DNA of 64,000 nucleotides, taken from NCBI GenBank assembly GCA_028873925.1, contig JAPPNA010000026.1:3378-67377 (forward strand), given 5' to 3'. The first letter of the stretch is position 1, and each line of letters starts with the position of its first letter. Positions 18,476 to 27,894 of the stretch are shown piece by piece. A program made the position numbers and the translations under genes. The DNA comes from Bacteroidota bacterium. Lineage in GTDB: Bacteria; Bacteroidota; Rhodothermia; Rhodothermales; Bin80. A model generated the notes under the pieces. That model saw only the letters and a program-made list of their open reading frames with translations. It ran no database searches and was not told the origin of the DNA.

Positions 18476-20234
18476 CTACCCGCCGGACGCGCTCGGAGCA
18501 TCCACGCGAACCGTCATGATATCAACACCGTGGTACTGCTGATGGTGGATGGAAGAGGCCAGATGCCGCAGCAGCCGCAAGGAGAGCTCCTGCTCAAGCC
18601 AGCCTTCTTCAACCTGATCAGCCAGACGGGCCATTTGATCCTGAAGGTTCTGACCGTCTCCGGCGGCGCAAGTAAACTCCAGTACCGCGGTACCGCCAAC
18701 ACTTCGGGCATTGAGGGTCAGCCGTCTTCGCCCGCTGTGTCGGGTCTCCTCCTGACGCTCAATGAGCGTGATCGGTATTCCTCGCTGACCGCAGCCAGTC
18801 TGTCGGACATGGCCTGGTCCCAGCCGCTGCTGCGGGCAAAGTCGGCCAGGAACACCCGAAGCTGATCCAGGCCCGAAGAATCAAGCGCCATGGAAAGGTG
18901 CCGGGGCCGAGATTCGGGCAGCTTCACAATCAGTGTAAGCAGGATCGCGATCAGGCCGCCTGAAGTCATCCCGTTATTCAGCAGTCCGCCAGCAAAATCG
19001 GCAAAGAAATCCGGAAAAATCAGGCGGATCTGAAAGCCTAGCCCAATCCAGAACGAGACCCCGACAATCACCATCCTGCGGTAGTTAAGTCCGCCTCCGT
19101 GCTGAAGCATCCTGATGCCGATCATAAACAGGATACTCATCATAACGACCAGATAGGCCCCGAACACGGGCATTGGGATAGCCAGTATCAGTGCGATGGT
19201 CTTGGGGAGAAAAGCCAGCATCAGGGTCATCAGGCTGGCCGTAATTCCCACCTGCCGGGAGGCTACACCGGTAAGCTGGGCCACCGATGCGCCCAGTGAG
19301 TATGCGGTATTGGGCACGGTTCCGATGATTCCGGCGAACGCATTACTCAGCCCGTCGGTAGCCACAGCGCCCTGAACGGCACGATAATTCACCGCCCGGG
19401 AGGTATGCCAGGATATCCGCTGCACGGCTGACGCACTGCTGATCGTTCGGATGGATCCGATCATGGCGGCCAGCAGGAAGCCCGGAAGTAGCGCCCAAAA
19501 GGCCCCGCCAAACGCCAGGTCAAGGCCCGGCCACCGATGATCCGGCAACCCCATCCAGGAGGCCGCTGCAATTCCGGACGTATCGTACAGTCCAACCAAG
19601 GCAGCCGCAATCGCGCCGGCACCCACACCCATTACCGGTGCCCACAACCGAATACCTCCGGTGCCTAGGAGAATGAGGCTGCAAATGACCGCCAGGGTTA
19701 CAATTGCTGTTACAGGTGCCGCGAAGGGCAGACTGTTCGCCGGTACATCTTCAAGCATTTGAAAAATAGGCTGCAGCACGGAAACCGGCGTAAGCATCAG
19801 TACCGTGGCAGACACGGTCGGCGTGAGAATCTGCCTGAAGAGCAACAGCCGCTCGGAAAGCAGCCTCTGAAACAACCCGGCCGCAAGGACCAGCGTGGCC
19901 ATTAACGCGGGTCCCCCACTGATCAGCGCGTCAATGCAGATGGCGACAAACACGGCGGAGCTGCCCATCAGCAGGATGTGGCCCGAGCCCAGACGACCCC
20001 GGCGCACCGACTGCAATGCCGCGTAGTCAGCCCCGAGACGGCGATAGCGGCAAACACGGCCCACGCCAGGTTTACATCGCTTTGCCCGGCCGCCCGAAAC
20101 ACCACGGTGGTCAGCGTGATGGTGGCCACCAGACCCACCGCGGTAAGCTGGATGCCAAGCCCCAATGCCAGGCCGGGCGATGGCCTATCAGTGGGCTCGA
20201 GGATAATGCCCGGCGCAGAGCCATCACCGCTCAT
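18476..20234 (-). pseudogene. NCS2-type (xanthine/uracil permease-like) transporter with a ~150-aa cytoplasmic C-terminal extension, disrupted by two frameshifts
   Basis: The N-terminus lies in ORF 19968-20234 and the TM core in ORF 18718-20064. Past about 18780 a third frame that I translated by hand reads IPITLIERQEEETRHSGRRRLTLNARSVGGTAVLEFTCAAGDGQNLQDQMARL...GVDIMTVRVD, ending at 18476. Confidence 0.7.
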
Positions 20235-20363
20235 GCTTCTGTGGGATTTGGTCCGCCTTTGTGCAAATGTCCAGGTCTACGGGTGCGGCAGGCGCACCAT
20301 CAACAGGAACCCGAGATGGATACGATACCCTCATCGGATATCAGTGTGGCCTGCCGGGCATCA

Positions 20364-21278
20364 TCACCCGGATTTGAGATCGTGCCGTGTTAAGAATTCC
20401 TGCAGGACCGCCACGCATTCAGTCGGTTGTTCAAGGGGCAGAAAATGCGTTGATTCCGGGATAAAGTCATAATCAGCCATTTGGACATGACGCATGTCAA
20501 AAGTGGGCAGATAAGAATACGGCAAGGTGAGATCAGCCCCCAGGACCTTGACCGGACAGAGCATATGGTCAAGTTCCACCAAAACGGCAAAGCCGCTGAC
20601 GTACTCAATTATCCGCGCCTCATAGGCGGGCGGACAGCACAGTTCATATCCCTGCCCGTTCGGCAGTTCGCGCAGCGTGGTGTCGGCCAGCAGCCGGAAC
20701 ACACCGGGTACAACCCGCTGAAGACTGGGAGAATACGGCAGGAGCTCAAGGAACTGCTCCTTGGAATGGAACCTGGGTGTACGGCGTTCGGCCAGCTTAG
20801 ACATACGCGCGGCTGCGGCCTCAAACGCTGCGTAACTGTAAGGATGCCGACCAATGGGCGGATCAAAGAGCATCAGCCCGTACAGCTCTGTACCCCGGGC
20901 TTCTGAAATCAGCGCTAACATCCCGGAAATCGAATGAAAAACCCCGGTTTTGGGCTTACTGCCGAAGTGATGGTCTATCCCGCTGAGCACGCGTGCTTAG
21001 TCACGGATCAGCTGAGGAATATTGTGTCGGTTAAGGCTGGTCGGTTTATTCCATCCATGGTTCCTGAGGTCAAAAACGATCAGATCAAACTCGTCCTCCA
21101 ACAGCGACCACATCGGGTAATAGAGATCGATGGCCAATTCGTTCCCGTGACTGAGAACCAGGCGGGGGCCATCCGGATTACCGTGGCACCGAACAACGAT
21201 CACGGCTCCGTCTTCCAGAATTACATCCCGACATGCCAGCGGCCTGGGCAGGGTCCAGACCCTCTCAAACGTCGTCAT
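20364..21278 (-). pseudogene. Alpha/beta hydrolase with an in-frame TAA
   Basis: ORFs 20997-21278 and 20364-20990 are in the same frame: ...IPQLIRD*ARVLSGIDHHF... with the stop at 20997-20999. The nucleophile elbow FHSISG lies downstream of the stop. Confidence 0.8.
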
Positions 21279-21406
21279 TCGCAGCCCCAGGCGCAGGCTC
21301 GTTGATCAAACTATGGGGAATATAGGCTTTTGGCAGAAATTCACTTGATCCCGGTGATCTGCTTTGCTGCCCTCCCATTCAGCCGCAGGCCAGTCTCCAC
21401 CACCGC

Positions 21407-22120
21407 CTAACCATCGCTCTTCGCCCCGCATTCGTAGGCCACGGCGGCCGCGAGGTGGTCATTGCCGCAGTTCTCAAGCCGCCAACAGATATCCGCCATC
21501 TGCGGAAGGCGATATCGGCAGCGTAGCGCTCCCTGCCGCATCACCGAAGGGATTTCAAATTGGGAGGTGTCCATGGCAAACCCGGTGCCTATGGCCTTGA
21601 TCAGCGCTTCCTTCAAGGTCCAGAGGGTATAGAACAGGCGGGTCTTGTTTCTTCCGCGCGCAGCCGAGAGTTCCGCCTGTTCGTTCGGACCGAAAACCAA
21701 GGTAGCCACGCCATCTATGTCCGGGCGCATAATCGGTGCTTCCACATCTACGCCCACCATTCCTTCGTCAACCACGGCAATCAGGTCGTGCTTGCCGCTG
21801 TGACTTACATTGAAGCTGACCGGAGCCCGTTACCCGCCCACCTGAGCAAACGGTTTGCCGTGACGGGTCGCCTGCAGCAGAAGCCTGGAGGCATCGCAAC
21901 CAAGCCGATCGCTCAAGATAGACCTCAGCGCCGCGCGGACCAGCGCAAACCCCCGGCGGGGGCGCTCATACCGAAAACGGTGCCAGCGATCCTGCTCCTG
22001 CGGGTCCAGCATACGGAAGGCCCTTGCCTCCCGCTTCGCATCGGAGGTCAGGTCAACATGGAACAGCTGAACATCGCCCAGCCTGCGAAACTCACTCCAC
22101 TCCGCCTGACCGACCAACAT
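21407..22120 (-). pseudogene. Sfp-type 4'-phosphopantetheinyl transferase with an in-frame TAA
   Basis: ORFs 21830-22120 and 21407-21775 are in the same frame: ...HGKPFAQVGG*RAPVSFNVSHSGKHDLIAVV...GVDVE...WTLKEALIKA, with the stop at 21830-21832. Confidence 0.85.
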
Positions 22121-22226
22121 GCTCCCAAAGACTCAAACCGAAGCGCAGCCTGTCAGTCCGGCCTGAGTGCACCTCTCCCGTGCGAGTGCCAACCCCGCAT
22201 CCTTATCCCACAAGCAGCGACCGCTG

Positions 22227-22453
22227 CTAGCCTTCCAGGCGATTGATCAGCTCCCGGAGCGTGGAAAATCCGGCGCTCTCGGCCGGAGAGATGTCCGCAC
22301 CGAACTCCTCATTAACCTTTTTCAGGAATGCGACCGCATCCATTGAGTTCCCCCTCCCCCCAACTCGCTGGTGCTCACATCCAACTGAGCGCGATCCGAG
22401 ATCCCCAAGTGCTCTTCCACCAGGGCTGCAACACGATCTTCAACAGAGGCCAT
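22227..22453 (-). pseudogene. Stand-alone acyl/peptidyl carrier protein, frameshifted in a G6AG5 tract at the Ser attachment motif
   Basis: MASVEDRVAALVEEHLGI...SELGGGG is followed, one nt out of frame, by NSMDAVAFLKKVNEEFGADISPAE..LRELINRLEG*. The tract lies at 22350-22361. Confidence 0.75.
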
Positions 22454-22810
22454 TATTTTCTGACGTTTTGTCAACAGGCCCCCATATTTTTCGGGCCATC
22501 CTGCAGGTCGCAACGGGAAGCTCGCCAAACCTGTGCTTCGCGTGCAGAGGCGTGCCTATTGAACATTCGGCCATCTGAGAGGGGGATCGGTTGCGCCCGC
22601 CGTTAACGGACACTCAGGTTGGCTTTCTCGGGACGGGACCGGCGGGAGAAGTTCACCAACCGGTCGCCAATGTCGCACGGCATGTTGGCTGATTCACGCA
22701 ATCCCGGCGGGGTTCAAAGAAATTCCGAGTGGCTGTAACCTCCAGAATCACGTTCCGTAAGCGCTTCCAGTTGGTTATTCATCTGTCCCTGGCAAACACA
22801 ACAACCTAAA

Positions 22811-23239
22811 ATGAAAAGACTTACCTTTGTGCTGCCTGTCGTGTTCTGCGTAGCCCCCGTTCTCGCCCAAGCGCCTGTGACCCCGCCCGCACCGGAAAAG
22901 GTGCGCTGATCACTGGTATCAGAGCAGATCAAACAGTCCCTGGACTCGCCCAATGAGCAGATTCGGGTGCAAACACTGAAGAACACAATTGTCATGGCGA
23001 CCCTGTACCGGGATAAGGTTGACATGGCGGTCCACATGAAGCGGATCCGGCGTGCCCATGAGGAAGCCGCCTCCCGCGCGGAGCGCAAACTGGCGCTGGC
23101 CGCCCTTCAGGCGATCGGTGGGTACCGCGCCTTTGATTATATGGAGCGTAATGCCAGCCCAGCCGAATTTGAGGAGGGCCGGATGGTGATGGCCTCGGTG
23201 CTCAGCGAATACTACAACAACCGCACGGGAGCAGGTTGA
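22811..23239 (+). pseudogene. Small secreted protein of unknown function with an in-frame TGA after the signal peptide (alternatively a shorter CDS at 22967-23239)
   Basis: MKRLTFVLPVVFCVAPVLAQAPVTPPAPEKVR*SLVSEQIKQSLDSPNEQIRVQTLKNTIVMATLYRD... is one frame, with TGA at 22907-22909. Confidence 0.4.
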
Positions 23240-23286
23240 CATCCGTCTTGGGCCAGCCCAATGGAGCTGTCTTGGAGCGTGCACAG

Positions 23287-26200
23287 TCACTGCGCACGCT
23301 CCGTGCTCCGGGCGGTCAGGTCGGAGGGCTCTTTTCGGAAGATGCGCCGCCAGAGTCGTTTCCAGGAAACGAATTCAGCCCGGTAGTTTATTCCGAGGCC
23401 CGTTTCACTGGTCATCAGCGTCTCGCTGAGCGCATCGCTTTCCCGGCGGTAGAATACTTCCACGGCCACATTCGGCCGCAATCGCAGCTCCACAACAAAC
23501 TCCCCTTCAAGACCCTGTAACTGGGCGGTTTCTTCCGGGGCATTCAGGTTGCGGTACACGCCCAGCCCGCGAATCACCAGGCGCTCATCCAACAGACGCA
23601 GGGCTATACCGGCGGATACGTCAAGGTCCGCCGCTGCCTCGTCACTCTGCACCCCGAGCGTGAAGTCGGCGTTCGGGATGACCTGCCCCAGATAGCGGTT
23701 GAGCTGGTTTGCCACCAGGCTGGAAACACTGTTGAAAGCGGAGCCGGCCAGTACGTCAGTGCTGCCGCCTTGCGCGGAGAGCAAGAACGAGTTGGTCAGC
23801 AGAACACTGGTGGCATGCTCCGCTGCCCGGTCCGGCTGATTGAGGTAGCCTTCCAACAGCGGCGAGTCACTGATGGCTTCCCTGCGCTGGTCAATGGCCA
23901 GGTTCAGTCCCACCTGTACCGCGTTCAATGTTCCGGTAATGTGCAGCTCAACGATCAGCGGCAGGCTTGTATTGAGGCGCCCGCCTACATCATCGGGGAG
24001 TCCGCTTCTGGATGCCCGGGTACGGTAGCTCGCCTGTATATCCAGTCTTGGATTGGTGGGATCACCTTCCCACACAATCATGCCTTCACTGATCAGAAAC
24101 CTTCGGACAAACACTTCACCGGCTGTGAACAGGTAATCGCCGGAGGTCAGATCGAAACTGCCGTACATCAACATCTGCCCCTCCTGACGCTGGACCTGCA
24201 CACGGGCGGTACCGATGCCGTTGATCACATCGCCCAGTAACGGATCAATGACCAGGCGGATGGAGGAGCCCGGCGGTCCCCGCATATTGAGATCCATGTC
24301 AAGCCCGGTCCGAAAATCCCGCTCCCCCTCGGGGCGCCGATCCAGCAGATGCTCCCGTGCACGAATGGCTGAAATCTGCTCGGTGATGGAACGCGTGGAA
24401 TCGGCATAGATGATAAAGCCGGGATCCACTTCCGCGTCCAGGTCCCGAATCGGAATCAGCAGCTCCGATTGCGGCGTAGTGACCAGATTGTCCGAACGGA
24501 GAAACGCTGAGGCACTGGGTCCGGTTAGGGTGGCATCGCCGGACGCGCGTAGATCCCCGTAAAATGCAAGGTCCCGCGTAAAAGTCGGCACATTCATCAC
24601 CTGCAGCGCATTGAGCTGGCTCTCAAGATCATAGGACAGATACCGGTACTCGTTGAACCGGAGCCATCCGTCTATCTGCGCGGTTCCACCGTCCGGATCG
24701 GTCAGGCGCAGATCACTGATTTGAAGGCCCTCGCGCAGCAGATTGAAGGACGCGGAGGCGGCAAAGGCGGTGTTGTGTCTGGGGATCGTCAATCGGCCAT
24801 CCGGCAAGGCCATGGTAAGGTTCAGTTCGGGTGAATTCATCGGGCCCCGAACGATGCCTTCTCCGCTGATTCCACCCGTTACGCCTTCCAGTATCGGAAT
24901 CATCTCTTCCAGGAACCCCGCATCGAGCCGCTTAAGGTCCACTATCAGATCCAGTTGTCCTGTTCGGTCGGCTCCGGGCGGACGGACGCGGCCTTCTACG
25001 GTCAGATCGTTTTCCGCGTGGATCAGGTGGTCAGGGTACCGGTCAGGAGGCCGGACGACGGTTCGCACCTGCAGATCGTCGCTGCCAGGCACCAGCTGGC
25101 TTTCGGCCCGAAAAGCCCCTACCATACGACGGTTCAAAGATAGCGTGTCCACCTCCACCAGGCCGGTGATTTCAGGGCTTCCGAGTCCGGTCCATTGCAG
25201 CCGGGCATTCAGGTTGCCGCCGAGGCGGCGGCGTGCAAGTCCCAAGGTATTGGACAACTGCTCCAGGATCAGATTCTCCAGGCTGACCTTGAAGGTATCC
25301 TCTGCGGCCCCGGACAGGGCCCCGCTGAATTGCAGACGCTGGGACCGCCCGGTATTGGCGATCGTACTCTCCAACACCAGCGGGTCAAACACCGCACCAT
25401 CGCCAAACAGATCAATGCGCGCCGGTTGCCTCATCAGCCATGACGCTCCCCTGATGTTGATGGCGGCGGTACCGACCGTGAGGCGGTTCCGGTCTTCCTG
25501 CATTTCAAAGCTGGCACTGATTTCACCGGAACCGGGTCCGTCTGATTCGTCCGCCTCAAGGCGAATACCGCCGCTGCCTGCCTCCAGATGCCAGTCCAAG
25601 CCTGCATTGACCAGATCAGTCCCCGGACCGGTGAGCCGCTCGGCCCGTGCCGTTCCAGACAGCTTCAGGCTTCGCTCCAGCGGAGCATTGATGTGAGCGG
25701 ATGCCTGCAGACTAAGCGCTGCCTCCTGCACCGACCATGATTCAGTGCTCAGATCTGCCCCGAAGAGATCCATACCAATATCCAGGGTATACGGGTTGCC
25801 GCGGAGCATCATCGACCCGGTGTGCCCTGCTGTAAGTGCCGGTAGGCCCGGCAGCAGATCACCCCGAAGTACCTGCCACTGAGCATCGACGGACAGCTGG
25901 TTCAGCGGGGTGCGGGCCATGGCGTTTTCCGCTCTTGTAACCGCCTGGAACTGTTCCAGCGGTGGCCAGAAGGCAACTGTGGAGGTCGGCGGTCGGGACC
26001 GGCGCTTATCCGCCTGACGCTTTCGGCTGTCACGCACAGCCATCATCCAGACCTCTGACACGGCCCGCAATGCGGAGAATTCCAGTCTGCCCGCAGCTTC
26101 CAGGTTCAGGACATCGCCGCCAATGTGCAAACCGACCGCGTGCCTCTGCGGGCGGTCCAGCGCAACGGTCCAGCGGTGCGGCAGTACTGCGCTCCGGCCC

Positions 26201-27849
26201 TGGGACCAAGCCACTTCAGACGAATCCAACCGGATTTCAAGGGATCCGACCGCATCATTGGCCCCCACTCCGGTGCCGCTGAACGTCCAAGCGGCGTTCA
26301 GGGAGCTCTCCAGGGGGGAGTCAGGCCAGAGCAAGGAAATATCAAACGTATGGGTCTGCCCGGAAAGCTGATAGTCCGGTTCGTTTCCCGCCCACGAAAT
26401 ACCCCCTTCCACCTCCAAACGGCTGTTGCCGAGGTAGGCCGAACCGCGACCGGAAAGCACCCGGCCTGCATATGTCGCTGCCAGACGGAGGCTGTCCAGT
26501 GATCGGCCGTTAACCGCAGAGGCATCCAGGTTGGCCTGAATATTCACATCCGGCGTACGCAGGCCGCTTCCGGTTAGCGTTGCATGGCCGCGCAGCGACC
26601 CCGTAAGCGGAAAACCTGGCGGCATCCGGTCCAGGACCCATTCATCTGAGTGTACCGACACGGTATAGGTCCAGGCCGTATCCCGAACGGCCGCGATTGA
26701 GCCGGCCAGATGACCGGCACCGGCATAAAGGTTGAGGGAGGCACTGGCGTTGGGGCGTATGGGGTCTCGTGTACCGTGCATTTCAGCGGTGAGGGAGTCA
26801 ATGGCCGGCAGTGTCGGGCTTCCGGGCAGCACGGTCTGGAGCATATCATCTCCCAGTGCACCCTCGGTGACGGTGACCGCATAGGACTCGGTATCCATCA
26901 TGCCGCTGGCGGTCACGAACGACGGGCCTGCCTCCAGGGTCAGATCCTCAAAGTACACCAGCTGAGGCGCGATCCCGATTGTTCCAACGATGGTAAGTGT
27001 ATCTTCAACCGGAGCATTGGGCAGCAGTGCTTGGACCAGGGTTGGCGACAGGACAATCTCGTTAATGAAGAAGGTGAAACTCCGGCTGTCCGACTCCTGA
27101 ATACCGGTCAGCGTAACGCGATTGGGCCCGCTCTCCAGCCTCAGGGAATTGATATACCAGCGGTTTTCCTGCAGCACGGCTTCTCCGGCAAGGGAGGTAA
27201 GCATGAGGGCCTGCGCCGGGAGGCGGGCGCTCATACCGTGCAGCAGCACAAATCGCTCATCAGTCTGCCAGTTGAGCTGCGCCTCCAGACTTATGTTATC
27301 TACAGTCAGATCTGTCGGATCGACATGTGACAGTTGAACCCTGCGGCTGCGCGTCTCATTTGTCGTAATGATCCGGCCGCCGCTGATGGTGATCTGGGCG
27401 GACTCCAGCTCCCAGGCCCGGCTGGTATCCGCGGGGGCGGTACGATGTCGGACAGATCCCAGATTCCAGGTGCTGTCCGCCTGGAAACGCGCATACAGGT
27501 CCACATCCTGTATGTCCAATTCGCGAACATTGAATTTTCTTTTGGGCAGATCCAGCCAGCGCGGACGCAAGGAAACCGTACCGGCATGAATCATCAGGCT
27601 GTCGGAAGCATCGTAGAGCCGTACGTCCAGGAGATGCAGGTCCCGGAGCAGACTCCCGCGAATGTCTGCCACGGTGAGTCTGCCATCAAAGGCTTCGGCA
27701 AACCAGTCCTCCAGACTGTTCCTTAGCGCATCACGTCCGACCTGCGTGTGCGTAAAGCTAAGGGCCACCAGAAAAACCGCTCCAAGCAGCGTGCCCAGCA
27801 GACCGATCAGAATGCGAAATACTGGGCGCTTGAGCACGGTTTCAGGCAA
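23287..27849 (-). CDS. tamB: Translocation and assembly module protein TamB (DUF490 C-terminus)
   Basis: 1520 aa with an N-terminal membrane anchor (FRILIGLLGTLLGAVFLVAL), a long beta-rich body and a TamB-like C-terminal region. Confidence 0.8.
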   Translation of the reverse strand: MPETVLKRPVFRILIGLLGTLLGAVFLVALSFTHTQVGRDALRNSLEDWFAEAFDGRLTVADIRGSLLRDLHLLDVRLYDASDSLMIHAGTVSLRPRWLDLPKRKFNVRELDIQDVDLYARFQADSTWNLGSVRHRTAPADTSRAWELESAQITISGGRIITTNETRSRRVQLSHVDPTDLTVDNISLEAQLNWQTDERFVLLHGMSARLPAQALMLTSLAGEAVLQENRWYINSLRLESGPNRVTLTGIQESDSRSFTFFINEIVLSPTLVQALLPNAPVEDTLTIVGTIGIAPQLVYFEDLTLEAGPSFVTASGMMDTESYAVTVTEGALGDDMLQTVLPGSPTLPAIDSLTAEMHGTRDPIRPNASASLNLYAGAGHLAGSIAAVRDTAWTYTVSVHSDEWVLDRMPPGFPLTGSLRGHATLTGSGLRTPDVNIQANLDASAVNGRSLDSLRLAATYAGRVLSGRGSAYLGNSRLEVEGGISWAGNEPDYQLSGQTHTFDISLLWPDSPLESSLNAAWTFSGTGVGANDAVGSLEIRLDSSEVAWSQGRSAVLPHRWTVALDRPQRHAVGLHIGGDVLNLEAAGRLEFSALRAVSEVWMMAVRDSRKRQADKRRSRPPTSTVAFWPPLEQFQAVTRAENAMARTPLNQLSVDAQWQVLRGDLLPGLPALTAGHTGSMMLRGNPYTLDIGMDLFGADLSTESWSVQEAALSLQASAHINAPLERSLKLSGTARAERLTGPGTDLVNAGLDWHLEAGSGGIRLEADESDGPGSGEISASFEMQEDRNRLTVGTAAINIRGASWLMRQPARIDLFGDGAVFDPLVLESTIANTGRSQRLQFSGALSGAAEDTFKVSLENLILEQLSNTLGLARRRLGGNLNARLQWTGLGSPEITGLVEVDTLSLNRRMVGAFRAESQLVPGSDDLQVRTVVRPPDRYPDHLIHAENDLTVEGRVRPPGADRTGQLDLIVDLKRLDAGFLEEMIPILEGVTGGISGEGIVRGPMNSPELNLTMALPDGRLTIPRHNTAFAASASFNLLREGLQISDLRLTDPDGGTAQIDGWLRFNEYRYLSYDLESQLNALQVMNVPTFTRDLAFYGDLRASGDATLTGPSASAFLRSDNLVTTPQSELLIPIRDLDAEVDPGFIIYADSTRSITEQISAIRAREHLLDRRPEGERDFRTGLDMDLNMRGPPGSSIRLVIDPLLGDVINGIGTARVQVQRQEGQMLMYGSFDLTSGDYLFTAGEVFVRRFLISEGMIVWEGDPTNPRLDIQASYRTRASRSGLPDDVGGRLNTSLPLIVELHITGTLNAVQVGLNLAIDQRREAISDSPLLEGYLNQPDRAAEHATSVLLTNSFLLSAQGGSTDVLAGSAFNSVSSLVANQLNRYLGQVIPNADFTLGVQSDEAAADLDVSAGIALRLLDERLVIRGLGVYRNLNAPEETAQLQGLEGEFVVELRLRPNVAVEVFYRRESDALSETLMTSETGLGINYRAEFVSWKRLWRRIFRKEPSDLTARSTERAQ

Positions 27850-27894
27850 TCATGTCCCCGGTCTGGTGTTAAACACGCAGCGGCCGGATTGTGC

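Noticed and set aside
18082-18501. 139-aa minus-strand ORF between the AlkA-like gene and the permease.
   Set aside because: Its composition is Arg/Pro/Gly-rich and motif-free. The 3' end of the repaired permease frame ends at 18476 and overlaps it. It more likely covers the promoter and spacer for the glycosylase gene.
22907-22909. Selenocysteine at the in-frame TGA (22907), or pyrrolysine at the PKS TAG codons.
   Set aside because: The sites are not at redox-active Cys positions. The TAG at 52511 replaces a conserved Trp. I saw no SECIS-like hairpin directly downstream of 22909, and the window contains no sel or pyl genes.
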